Positions 40,701-55,059 of a stretch of DNA of 64,000 nt are shown here, piece by piece. This stretch comes from Octopus sinensis. Taxonomy: Eukaryota. The translations under genes and the position numbers were made by a program. Under the pieces are notes generated by a model, which did no database searches, had not been told where the DNA came from, and saw only the letters and a program-made list of their open reading frames with translations. Every line of letters begins with the position of its first letter. The first letter of the stretch is position 1. The DNA lies in assembly GCF_006345805.1 (NCBI RefSeq), contig NC_043015.1:37200001-37264000 (forward strand). The letters are read 5' to 3'.

Positions 40701-41374
40701 GAATACGTTTTTCATATTTATGATAAGAGATAGATTTGACAATCAGGATTCAGGCTTTTGAGAGGAACCTTCCAGATCGGAGAACACGAGAAAAAAAAGG
40801 TCCAGGCAAACTGATCCTACATGCATTTCCATTTCGAATATAAAAGGGTCGTAATTAAATTCTGCAGGGCATTAAATCCTTAACGGCATGAATCCTGCAA
40901 TGCACCGCACGACTAATAACATTCGCAAGAGGCCATATATTACGCCATACCTTCTGAGTGTGCGCAGCGGGTTTCGCCATGAAAACATAACAATCTATAT
41001 GTTCGAGTTGCATCAAATAAATAGTGAGAAACCAGATGTGACAGAGGGAGTGGTAGAAAGCAGAAAAGAGGGCATTGCGGGTACACATTAAAATATCAAG
41101 GTAATTAAACCGAGGTTGGTGAGGTGAGAGGAGTCATCCGTAATCTGTAATTTTATCCAGGCCATATAACGAAGGAAGGTTTCCTTTCTGTCGTTCTGTA
41201 GCACTGACGTAACAATAGATTAGCTGGAATATATAATAAAAGAGAGATTTATGAGGTCTTACACATCCAGGCATAGGCCACGTGACGCATATATATACAC
41301 TTACATTTGCCACTGCTACTTCGGCCTCATGTGTGAGTGTGAGTGTATTCGTATCTCACACTCTCGCTTACTCT

Positions 41375-42330
<956 letters not shown>

Positions 42331-43223
42331 CCCTGTCTATTTTATGTCTAACTCTAGCTCTCACTCAATTTATCTATCTCAATCTAACTACTTATCTATC
42401 TCTTCCTCTCTCACTCTACCTCTGTCCCTATCTCTCTCTCTCTCTATTTATCTCTCTATCTATCCATTTATCTATCTATTTGGTGGTCCCTTCAGCTCTC
42501 AATATATCTCCCTCTATATTCTATCCACCTATCTAATTACGTATCTATCCATCGACCTTTCTCGCATTCCTCTCTCTTATCTTGTTTTATTTTGCTACGT
42601 TTCGATGATGGAAATGTGTTATTGGTAAAAGAAAATATTAAAGCCGAGCGTGCGTTATTTCATGGCAAGTTATTGCCAATTTTGTCACGTCATATCGGCA
42701 TTAAATTGAATTGGCTAAAACTATGTGTGCTGCAGCCTTTGCACTTTACTCCTTTTCTTATTTCTGGTGTTGTTGTTATATTTTTCGCTGTTGCTGTTGT
42801 TGATCTTCTCGTTGTCGTTAATGTCTCTATATACGCCCGTGTGAGAATGACACTATGTGTCTACGTATGTCTGTGTGGATGTGTATTTTGGCAGTCATTG
42901 TTTGTTTTTTCAGTGTGTTTTGGTTTTTTTTCTTTTCTGTATATTTCTTTGCTTTCGTTTAGATACGATCTTGTTTCTGAAAGTTAGATTTAAAAGGGAG
43001 GCATGTTATCAGGAAGATTGCGCTTTCGCGATCATTTACTTGGTCGATTCTGTTAGGATAATTATGCAGGGATCAGCGTGTGAAGGAACAACAAAAAAAA
43101 AAAGACAACAAACATATCACTAACAAACAAAGAAGATTAGGCATAATATATGTGTGTACGTGTGTGTGTCTCCGTGTATATGTACATACATAAATATGTA
43201 TATATATGCGTGTATGTGTGTGT

Positions 43224-43263
<40 letters not shown>

Positions 43264-43268
43264 TATGC

Positions 43269-43309
<41 letters not shown>

Positions 43310-43396
43310 TGTGGGTATATATATAAATATATACATATGTATATATATATGTATATATATATACGTATATATATACATACATATATATATATATAT

Positions 43397-43432
<36 letters not shown>

Positions 43433-43538
43433 CTCGCACACACACATACTTGTATTCGATTCGCATACAGGCATGCATGCAAACACAATTAGACAATCAA
43501 ATAAACAATTCAAGAAGAATGCGTTTAACATGTGCGTG

Positions 43539-43571
<33 letters not shown>

Positions 43572-44008
43572 ACACATACATTTGCATAGGCATACATACA
43601 TACATACGTACACACGCCTATATGACGAGAGGAAGAGAGAGTGAGGTGGGAAGCGAGATGTAAGCGGAAAACATAAATGAAAAAAAAAACAGAAATCAGA
43701 AGAACACAACCGAAAAGAAGAGAAAACAATAGAAATGCATCTCGACAATCATACAAATTTACTTCAGTTGTTGGACGTGTCAGAAAACAGTAGACATAAT
43801 TCACTAGTTACTGTCCATTTATTATCAACTGAGATTATTCCATTGGTTGCGTGGTGTAGCTCCAGAAGTATGGTATGACATCCAGGGATGTAAGCATGCG
43901 ACCTGCCATGGTGGCCCTGCGCTCAGTGAAGTTAAATGAAGGGTATCCATCACTTAAAAAGTTTAATACTAGCATTTACTCATTGTAATTGACAGGGTAT
44001 ATTTATAA

Positions 44009-44413
44009 ATGCGCTGAGCTGGCAGAAAAGGTTAGAACACCAGGCGAAATGCTTAGTGGTATTTCATCTGCTGCTACGTTCTGAGTTCAAATTCCGCCGG
44101 GGTCGACTTTGCTTTTCATCCTTTCGGGGTCGATAAATTAAGTACCTGTTACGTAGTGGGGTCGATATAATCGACTTAATCCGTTTGTCTGTCCTTCTTC
44201 GTCCCCTGCTGTGTTTAGCCCCTTGTGGGCAGTAAAGAAATAAGTATTTCGTGAATCTTTACATTCTGAGTTCAAAATTCCGCAGAATTCGCCTTTGGCT
44301 TACATCCTTTCGTGGTCGATAAATTAAGTACCAGTTGCGTACTGTGATCGATCTAATCAAGTAGTCCACTCCCCTCAAAATTTCGGTCCTTGTGCCTAGA
44401 GTAGAAAAGATTA
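44009..44413 (+). mobile_element. Dimeric SINE family A
   Basis: Junction aaagaaataag|tatttcg at about 44244. Confidence 0.9.
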
Positions 44414-45565
44414 TAAAATGTCGAATGGTACCTGCACATTCGTGGAGGAGTTCTAGAAACTGGATGATGTCTTGGAATACGTTATATGGTGAGAGAATAG
44501 TTTGTATCTTGTGCAGCGATGTGATTCTGTAGTAATGGATATATTGGTATATCATTCAAACGTGGTTGACGGATCGGCAGCTTGAAGTGTGATGAAGGAT
44601 AGCAACTGCCCATTATTTAAACGTGATTGGCAATGGCTGTTAGCAACTGAAGGACATAATGCATAACTATTGCTACGAGGGAGGAATGAGATCGAGAAGG
44701 AAAGCATGGCCATCCAAGAAGTGATCCCAAACGTGGGCTATTCCTCGGTGGATATTTGATCTAGAGAAACAGCGAGTCAGCTTTTCGGCTCAGTAATCCT
44801 TTAGCGGTTCAGTTTCATATTATAAGGCTACATGTAAATCTGGACAATAGGGACATGGCACTAACAAATATTTTAGTTATTTCATACTTGTAGCATTAGT
44901 TATCAAAATGGAATGATCCACTGTTTGCTCAGTAAATCTGCTTTCTTGAGAACAGTCAGAGTTTCATATTCTTTATTGTCCTGCTTTTCAGATGTTTCGT
45001 ATACCAGTGATATCTTGCACCAAATGTCTTCAAAAGCCCTTGCATTGCATTTGTTCCAACCAGCACCTAATGTGAGGACTGCTTACAGGGCAGAAACGGC
45101 TGCAGAGTGATCAAACCCAACCTAGTCATATATCCGTCATAAAACTCAATAATAGTTCTGTTGTTTTGTTTATTTAAACCTATGTCAGTCTAAAGAGTGA
45201 AAACTGTTATGAAATACGTTCCAGTCTCGACCACCCAGTGGTTGAATTACGAAATGCTGTGTTTTGAATTTTGTTAACCAAATTTAAAGGAACCCTCGCA
45301 GTTTTCTATGTCGACGTATATCCAATATTTTCAGTTTTCATTTTTGTTTTGGTTATCGATCCTTCTGCAGAATATTCTATGAAATTCAATGAATTATCGC
45401 ATTTCCCGCATTTTAATGTCTTAGAATCTTAACATACTTCACATACGTCTCGGTTAAAGGGTCAGTTGTCGAACGAAAATGCAATACAATCTTCAAGTAT
45501 CTATTTTTAAACTCTAGCTTTGACTGATGTCTATTTTTTTTTTAACTACCTCAGTTCGAAAATCC

Positions 45566-45759
45566 TTTAGACTTTGGAGTTTACACCTATTTGATGACCT
45601 TCTATCACTTGTTTTAAAATTGTTTTTACATCATATTGCGTCTAATATAATTTATGTTTCATACTGATTTGTACCTTACTCAACATACATATTTTGCGAT
45701 TGTTAATACTCTGTGTGTTAAAAACTAAGTGTGTCTTCATATCTGTACATTTGTAAAAT
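45566..45759 (+). repeat. About 195-bp diverged direct repeat, copy 1 (copy 2 at 47588-47780)
   Basis: Colinear blocks, including 27 identical nt cttgttttaaaattgtttttacatcat and the shared end tgtacatttgtaaaat. Confidence 0.8.
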
Positions 45760-46494
45760 GAACGAATCTTTAATTTGCAGCACCAACACATGGCAATACC
45801 TTCATACACAGCTGGGATTTATCGTTGTCACAGCAGTGTTATTTCTCCTATGGCCGCAATTCTATTCATGCAATATTTCCTTTGTCATCGCTTCTTTTCC
45901 CGCTCTCAACTACCTTGCCATTCATTCTTCAATAATCAATTACAGATGCGTATTTTATATTTTATTCATAATAATATTCATCATGTATTTAATTGCTAAT
46001 TTACTTCCTGGCTTCCGTACAGCGTTCTCTTGTTTGCAATTACACACTTAGAAAGCGTAAAAAATAATTTCTAAGTGTAATATTTGGGCGACATTTTGTA
46101 TCGGTGCTTTCTCTTATATTTCTGGATGTACATTCTATTGCGGTCTCTCAAAACAATTCCAGCACTTTATTGTTAAACTATTGAAGAAAATCTCCAGAAT
46201 ATTTCCACCTGTCGCTCCTCTCGAGAGCGATCTTGCCGGAATTTAGTTTTGTTCTTAAAGGCTTTTTGACTCACATCTTTTATTCTACAATTTCCTTCTC
46301 GTTTCCCTTTTCATTCCTGCAATACACAAACAGACACCCGCACGCACGCACACACATGCGCACACACACATGCGCACACACACATGCGCACACACACACA
46401 TGCACACCTTCATATACCTCATTATTTCAATATTTTATTATATTACGCATGATAATCTGAACAGATGTCATAATCATTGTATTAATTGCACTAT

Positions 46495-46630
46495 CAAGGC
46501 TTCACAAGCGAATATTAACAATTTAATGAGAAAGCGATGACAGCCTTATTAATAGTAAACCCTTCCATCAATGGCAAACATGAAATGGGCAACACTGCCC
46601 ACTTCAAACTATTCGTCTGCGCATGCCCTC
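46495..46630 (+). mobile_element. Possible Penelope-like element remnant (GIY-YIG C-terminus)
   Basis: Plus translation ..ALLIVNPSINGKHE resembles the EALLI....P.LN end of PLE endonucleases. Very short. Confidence 0.35.
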
Positions 46631-46729
46631 TCTCCAATGATAGCAGTTATAAAATAAAGGTCTGTTACTTCTGATCTCTGCCAAACGGACTTAACCTAAC
46701 ATCTATTTTGTTTGACAAATACTCAAGGT

Positions 46730-47130
46730 AAGGCAGCGAGCTGCCAGAACCGTTAGCACGCCGGGAGAAATGCTTATCGGTATATCGCTTGCCGCTGCGT
46801 TCTGAGTTCAAATTCCGCCGAGGTCGACTTTGTCTTTCATCCTTTCGGGGTCGATAAATTAAGTACCAGTTACGCACTGGGGTCGATGTAATCGACTTAA
46901 TCCGTTTGTCTGTCCTTGTTTGTCCCTTCTGTGTTTAGCTCCTTGTGGGCAACAAAGAAATAGGTATATTTTGAGTCTTTACGTTCAAATTTCAAATTCC
47001 GCCGAGGTCGACTTTGCTTTCTTCCTTTCGGTGTCGATAAATTAGGGACTAGTTACGTACAGGAGGCAATCTTATCGACTGTCCCCTTCCCCCAAAATTT
47101 CGGTCCTTGTGCCTAGAGTAGAAAAAGATA
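46730..47130 (+). mobile_element. Dimeric SINE family A
   Basis: Junction aaagaaatagg|tatatt at about 46964. Confidence 0.92.
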
Positions 47131-47587
47131 TATATTGAATGATTTTTTTAATTGTATACTTTTGTAGCTTTTCCTATATTTATTTATTTATTTTTGGTGT
47201 TAATCACATTCCTTTCTTTTCAGATTACATTATTGTGGCCGTGGAAACATTTTCGTACATCTTGGTTATTTATTACCAATATGAGAAATTTATAAATACT
47301 ACTAAAAGTTTATCTGCAACTGGGCTAATAGAATAATATATCAAAATACTCTTTTTCTTCTTCTCACTCCTGGAAACCCTGTTTATTTCCTTCATAAAAA
47401 AAAGTCATTCGGTTCGAACTGTAATTCAAGATCGTTCAGAAAGTTATATTTCAATGACATGTACACTACCTTAGTCTAATGAAATCGATCAATAGTTCAA
47501 GTGTATAGTGAACCACCAAGGTTGCTATATCTTGAACTCTCATTTCAAGCCAGTGAATTTCCACTACATGTCAAGTTAAAGTCTAGA

Positions 47588-47780
47588 TTTTAGACTCTAG
47601 AGGTTATCTTTTTCATAATCTTCTGTCGCTTGTTTTAAAATTGTTTTTACATCATGTTGGTTCGTATATAATCTGTTTCATATAGATTTCTACTTTACTT
47701 AATATACATATTTTGCGGTTGTTAATACGTTTTGTGTGTTACAGAGTTCGTGTGTCTCCATATTTGTACATTTGTAAAAT
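47588..47780 (+). repeat. About 195-bp diverged direct repeat, copy 2
   Basis: See 45566-45759. Confidence 0.8.
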
Positions 47781-48941
47781 TAGCGTCAGCCAAGAAGGGC
47801 CAGACTTACGCTCTAAAACATTCCATAATGACCATTCCTGCATTGCTTTATGTCTATCACTATATTTTGCAAAGTGTCCCTGCTGTTTTAACAAAGCAGT
47901 GTACGATTGGAGAAAACGTGGTTGTTATTAACAGAAAGAAAATCGACCAATCGCAAAGAGTCTCTATTGTTTCCTCGCTATGACAAACGCAGTGTGGAGT
48001 TTTTTTCTACTCTCCACCCCTACACCATTATCTTTTGCTATTGATTTATTCCCCGAGACCGGAGTTATTTCTGTTTGTCTTTCTATTTTTATTTCCATGT
48101 TTATATGTGCGGCATTCGTTCCTCTATCATTTTGTAGATTATATATTTGGGACTGCTTTCAGAGTAGGTTTAAGAGAACTCTATTTCCCCAATACCGTAT
48201 ATTTTATATCCATTAATCCATTATATATGGAATACATTCACCGTTTGCGGAATCCAAATTTTGCAGTCGAGTTTGTTCATGGCATTGTGTTATATTTCCT
48301 CAACGCACGTGACCTGGTCTTCTTCATGGTCAGCAAGAAACTTCTCTAACACCAAAATATTTATCATACGAGCTCCGTGACGCAAAATATATATTCCTGA
48401 TTTTGATTTAACCTTCCAATATTCTATTACATGTTTATTTAACCCCTGCATTTTCCAATTTCTAAGACGTAGAGATTTTCGAGCATAGAAGAAAGAAATT
48501 CTCTCTTTTATATCAGAGAGAAAATTGATATGCTGTGATATCGAACATCTCTCTTCTCTCTATGATCGACGTAACACCCCTTAATCAACGTTGATATTTA
48601 CGAGTGGGCTTTTTTTATGAAAGACTGGTCCATTTACTCATAGAATCTGCAACTGAGTACTTATTATTTAGTTAATAATACAAGGGCTGTGTACAGGTGT
48701 AACTTAGAATGCCACAGAAGGTAGACACCCCTGGTCCCTTGAAATATTAAAAAAGAAAACATTTGGATTCTGTATAATTATGGCATAATGTCTTCATAAA
48801 ATAGACTGTATATTGTATAATTCGGGGAATAAGACCTACTGAAGCTGGAATGATATGAGGTTAAATAAACAAGGTCAACTGTCGGGGAAGTCTAGCAAGC
48901 CGAAATTTCGTAGTCACTGTTTGTAAAGGTAGAATATACAT

Positions 48942-48972
<31 letters not shown>

Positions 48973-49051
48973 CATACATACATATGTGTATATATATATA
49001 CATACATATGTGTGTATATATATATATATCCATATATACATACCATAATAT

Positions 49052-49350
49052 TCCACGTGGTTTAGTGGTTAGGGGCATTTGACTCATGATCGTAAGGTCT
49101 TGCCTTCAATTCCCGGCGGCGTGTTATGTCCTTGAGCAAGACACTTTATTTCACGTTGCTCCAGTTCACTCTGCTGACAAAAATGAGTTGTACCTGTATT
49201 TCAAAAGGCCAGCCTTGTCACACTCTGTGTCACGCCGAATCTCCCCGAGAACCATGCTAATCTACTTACACGTTAATTTCTCGAGCAAGCTGTTCCGTTG
49301 ACCGTATCATCTGGGACCCTCGTCGTCGCAACCGACGAAGTGCTCCTTTA
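49052..49350 (+). mobile_element. SINE family C, tail type 2
   Basis: tRNA-like head gtggtttagtggttagg..gactcatgatcgtaagg, core ttgagcaagacactttatttcacgttgctccagttcactc and a distinct tail. Confidence 0.85.
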
Positions 49351-51654
49351 TTCCTAAGCGATTTTTATTACACCAACAAACTGTGAAGTCAAGAATTACT
49401 ATATATCGTTTGGCTAAATTGTAAGTTTCTTTATCCCAGCAGCCGCTGGCCAGGGGAGTAGGTTACCGAAATATATTATTTCGTGTTTTCTTATGGCATA
49501 TTTTGAGATTTATTCTTCAGATTTGCTTAATTAAAAATAGATATTAAACCATTAAACCATATTCCGCTCTACGTGTAGACTTCTACTGTTCTCATAATGT
49601 TTTATTATTTAGCTGAACCGATCTAAAATTAATCGCAGACTTTACTGGTTTGTCTTATATACAACCATATATACTTACTTGTATACTTTGTGTGCGCCCA
49701 TATATGCGTGTGATTGCATTCATACTTAGAGGTGAAAGCCGGAATCTTTTTGCGCTCCTTTATCATAGAATAAAATTTCTGTGGCGATGTTAGCATTATA
49801 TGAACCGACAACGCTTCCCTTACCAAATCGCTAATTCCTCAGTTTCTCCAACTGCGAATATTCATATTAATCTTAAATGAAAAGCAAAAATGTAATATCG
49901 CATTTTCACTATGGCAATAATATGTAAATTGAAAGTAGAAAACTGACTGTTAAGCGCAGATACATTAAGCTTTCTATGACAATGTAAATTCCAGGAGCCC
50001 ACAGCGAAATTGAAGAAAGTCTGCAATTTTGGAATCTTAAATTAGTAGTTACAAGCAGTTTTATTTTCCTTCTCTTCCATATTATATTTTTAAAAAATAT
50101 CTTTCTCAATTCCTCGAACATATAAACATACTGTTTTTTTTAATTTTCTCTCTGCGCATGTGTGTGATAAAGACAATATGCATGAGTATAAGATTTTTAG
50201 TGTTTGTACATATGTGTGAGGGATTGTGTTCTAGTATCTTTGTGCTAATCTCATGTTATGCCGCATGTGTGAGTAACGTTTTCAATGTGTACGTAGCATG
50301 TGTGTATATGTGTGAAAGGCGGTGCTATTGTACGCATGCTTATCTCTTTGCTACGACCATTTCAATGTGCATGAGGTTCTAAGAGTGTATGGAGAAGCAT
50401 GTGGCTGCGGTTAAGTAGGTAGATGGATGTGAGCGCGTGTTTGGAGATAGAGAGATGTATATGCTTGGGCGTATCTATCAGTGTGGGTTTACACTTGTTT
50501 CTATGTCAATAATACGTTATGTATTTATTAGAATATTGCATTTCTCTATAAGTTTGGACGTGTGTATATGGGTATATATGTATGCGTGTGTAAAACTGTA
50601 ATTGTACATGTTAATGTGACCACATGAAGGAGTATGTCTATGGTATGACGTGCCTATAAGTTTGTGTGTTTTTGTGTGGATAAGAGTATATAAGTGTATG
50701 AGTCAGTGTGTGTATATTCATATGTGTGTATATCTATGTAGCAGATATTATAATACCTTCGAGAAAGAATTTGTCTTTTCCACACTGGAATCGCTGCTTA
50801 AACGAAATTAAAAATCCTTCTGGTGATATCAATCACAGATAAATCTTTAGAAACAAAAGTAAATAAAAGCAAAAGTAATTCTTTAAAAAAAAGCATAAAC
50901 CATAATCAAATTTTTTGAAAAAATAAAGAAAGAATACATCAGCAAAAAAAAACACTATGATAAAAAACAGAAAAATTTGGCTAAAACATCTGATTTGAAA
51001 AAAATTTCTTACATGAAGGATAACGAGTGAAAGATAGAGAATATTTGACAGTAGCTTTGGGAAAACTAAGCATCGCAATAAATAAAGTGAAATAAAATAT
51101 ATAAAAGTAAATAATGAAGCAAAAAGCATAGTAACGAGATGAGTACCTTTGCTTGTACATCTTTACAAAACAATAGCGAAGCACTTCATCAGAGCCCGTT
51201 TCCATTCAGAACAGCGAAGAAAAAATGTAAAAAAATTAAATCGTTTCATAGAATTATATGACTGGTAAACCATTCAATAGAGAATGAATTAAGGTAAAGC
51301 ATTACCAAAATAACGCCCGCTCCCCCACCCCCATAGAATGAAATTACTAAAAACAGAAATCTTTAATAGAAAGCTTTATAAACTTTATATAGAAATTGCA
51401 TTTCAGCGTTTGATCGCTGTCATAGGTTTTAAAAGCATGTTTCGGTTTGGGAAGAAAATCACATATTATCCGTGACATCAATTTAGCTCTCAGTTGCGAT
51501 GCTGATCGTGTGTTCCGTGTGGGTCTACAGATAATTCCTGTTATTGCTTTTTATTGCTTTTTCCCCGAGATTCATAATCAAATATATTGCTTATACTATG
51601 TATGCTATATAAAGAAATATAAAATAGTGAAGTAGTGAAGAGACCGTTCTATGC

Positions 51655-51655
51655 G

Positions 51656-51754
<99 letters not shown>

Positions 51755-51792
51755 TTATATATATATATATCTTTATATGTCTATATATATAT

Positions 51793-51856
<64 letters not shown>

Positions 51857-51909
51857 TATATATATATATATAGATATATATATATATATATCTATATATA
51901 TATATAGAC

Positions 51910-51945
<36 letters not shown>

Positions 51946-52043
51946 TATATATATATATATCTTTATATGTCTATATATATATATATCTATATATATATAT
52001 ATATATATATATATGTCTATATATATATATATATATATATGTC

Positions 52044-52076
<33 letters not shown>

Positions 52077-52220
52077 TATATATATATTAATAATATATAT
52101 AGACATATATATATATATATATGTATGTATATATATATATATATATAATATATATATATTATATATATATATATATAGACATATATATATATATATATTT
52201 GTTTGTATATATATACATAT
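51655..52220. repeat. About 560-nt palindromic AT-rich array, (TA)n with gacat/atgtc markers in both orientations
   Basis: agacat and atgtct interruptions alternate, and the block ctttatatgtcta is duplicated. Confidence 0.9.
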
Positions 52221-52456
52221 ATAACATGCATGTCTGTGTGTGTGCGCTTGTATATAGATAGGTGTTGAAAAAAAGCGTGTACATGAATTACATAAATGAT
52301 ATATTTTATATATACACACACACAGATACATACACACACACACATATTTTCTAAAGGAAATTATTAAAGTAAAGTCCATTCATTTACGAAGAATCGATCA
52401 ATCTATCATTTTAATAACCTATCAATGTTTCTCAATATCTCTTCTCTGTCTGTCTG

Positions 52457-52495
<39 letters not shown>

Positions 52496-54296
52496 GTATA
52501 TATATGTATATATATGCATGTGTGTGTGTATGCGCGTGTGTGCATGCAATCATATGTACATACTTATATAAATCCAAATACAAACGCATATGTGTCTGTA
52601 TGTGTGTGTGTGTGTGTGTGTGTTCGGATATGGCCTTACATTTTGGTTTTCATATATATTTACATGCCTACTTGCATGTGTCCTTTTATCTAACTAATGA
52701 TAAGTGTCTACATATGTATATCTATACATACGTATAGGTGTATGTATATATGTATGTATGTATGTATGTGCATATGCATATCGGGTAATCTGTAGTTAAA
52801 CTCAAAGCTCTTTACGTCTCATAAAGTCAGCGTTGGTTCAATTTTTACGTATCTTTACCTACTTTTCATGTGAGATCCAGCTGTAAATCATAATATCTCT
52901 GAACTAAGCCTTCGTGGGTTCGAATTACTTTCGGCTTTTAAAACAAGCGATTCAAGAAAATAAGTGAAGAGAATCGTCTACTTTTAATGGGGTGGTAAAG
53001 AAGTATGCCTTGTTGTGGGGTATAAGTAACCGAGATCCAAACATACCAAGTGAAGGAGAGGTCGAGGGGTCAAATACCGCTGTTAAGACGCGAGGAAACA
53101 AGATTAATTACATTGAACTCAGAACGACTACTCTTTAACATTTCTGAATCACCGAAATATATAAGTGTATGCATAAAACAAGGCGAATGATGTACTTCTA
53201 TTCATAGATGATGTACAGTGTTTGGCAGACGTGGGTTTGAAGTTCCCTATTGGAACTTAACCTCAATATTTATATGTTGTGTGCTTAAGGCTTTAAATAA
53301 ATTCATTAATTACATAAATTAAATGAAAGAGCGATGAAGATATGGATACTGATTTATCTGAACTCTGGATAAATTAAGGTCCATACCAGTGAAGAATAAC
53401 CAGAAATGTAGAAGAATGAAATGTTTGAGCTTTATATACAGATAGCTGAGAGGGAAAGTATAATCATATATTACATAAAGATTAATGCATAATTTTAATA
53501 GCAATTGCTCCGAAGAAGCTATGAGACGTTGTACAAGCGCTTAGATCGGAGTGTATTGTGTTATGTGGCAGAAAACAGCTGTAAGCTAATGAAGGTAAAA
53601 TTGCGACCCCAATTCTCTTTCCATATTTGCTAGTTGATGCAGAGACACATTCGCACACATACTCACACACACACATATATACTGACATATATATAAATAT
53701 AAATACACAACAACACAAACTCACAGAAAAATACACACATACGTGCTTGCAAGCATATCCTTAAGCTCTGTATTATGTACACATGTATGGAGATAGATGT
53801 CGATCTCTTTTACGTGAGCGGGCATATGTTTCTGTCTGTAACGTGTATGAGAGGAAGTACGCTTATGTCTGTAGGTTGGTAGGTTTACCTGATTAGCGTC
53901 GAAGAGTTCATTTAGTGCAAATCGCCCACTGTAATTTGTTAGTTATGTATTCTATCACACGTTTGTAATCATATACGTGTGTGAGTGGGTATGTGTACGT
54001 GTGTGAGTATGCGCATATACATATGTACGCACCTTTGTACAAATACACACGTACACACACATACACACGCATATACAGATATGCAAGTGTTTTGCGCGTG
54101 TGTTTGTCTACAAATGTGTTATGTGTATGTATAAGAATTTATCTGTGTATATGTGGAATTGTAATTTGATAATTATTCTGTTTTACTTTGTTTAATGATG
54201 TTTTATTTATTTCCATTCTCTGATCATACGCCGGAGAGAGAAAGATGGAGGGAGAGAGAGAGAGAGAGATAACCGAAGGCGGGAGAAGGCTTTCGA

Positions 54297-54329
54297 CATG
54301 GCGGTTGACATGAAAATAAAGATGGCGGC
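54297..54329. promoter_or_regulatory. YY1-like sites (CATGGCGG, AAGATGGCGGC) in a locally GC-richer segment
   Basis: aagatggcggc at 54319-54329 and catggcgg at about 54297. An ETS-like accggaaa lies at about 54492. Confidence 0.3.
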
Positions 54330-55059
54330 AAAACATAAAAAAAATTACACAAAACCAAAAAGAAATAGGTGAATATAAAACGAAATGCTAATCAATATGT
54401 TTCTCCTCCCCCTCCTCCTCCTCCTCCTCCTGTCACGATTGTGAGGCATTGGAATCCTAACTGAAATTGAATTTATAGTCACGCTTGCTGAACCGGAAAC
54501 GGGAGATCTTATGAAATTGTACGAAGGTACCATCTCCATGGAAACAAGTCTTGTACTGACGGTTAAAAAAAAAATATTGCGAAATGTGAAAAGGAAATTT
54601 AAACGTGATCTGTAAAATATTGGTGTAGATATTTCGGATAGCAAAGTTCTTAGTTTTGTTTCGTGATTTTTTCTTCTTAATGAATACTAATAATATGTGA
54701 CCCCATCAAGGGGTAGCTTTAACAGGGTCAGGAGTAGCATTTCCACATTTCCTTTGAAATCACATTCAAGGCTTTAAGAAGCAAAGGATTCAGAAGGCAA
54801 TATAGACGTGGATACAGAACTAAAGGAGACTGTCACTACTACTACTACTACTCCTGCTACTACTACTATAGAAGTTGGAGTAGTATTAATCATTACGTAC
54901 AAAAGAGGGTCGATCTCTGTTCTTGACTCCATAGACACTTTAAACAATAATCATGGAGCATATTACTAGATGATATTCGATCCCATGTTATGACCACACA
55001 TGTGTGTGTGTGTTTGCGTGTGTTTTTTTGCCTGCGTGTGTGCATGTGCAATCGTGTGT

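Noticed and set aside
43073-43804. 243-aa ORF and the many other YI/IY/HT-rich ORFs
   Set aside because: Dinucleotide repeat translations.
43906-43915. Perfect Kozak GCCACCATGG on the minus strand
   Set aside because: The ORF is only 24 aa with no good donor. The plus-strand APEV is not followed by kinase motifs.
49052-49125. tRNA-like sequences (also about 60600-60672 and about 28800-28870)
   Set aside because: These are SINE heads; acceptor stems are not intact and they continue into SINE cores.
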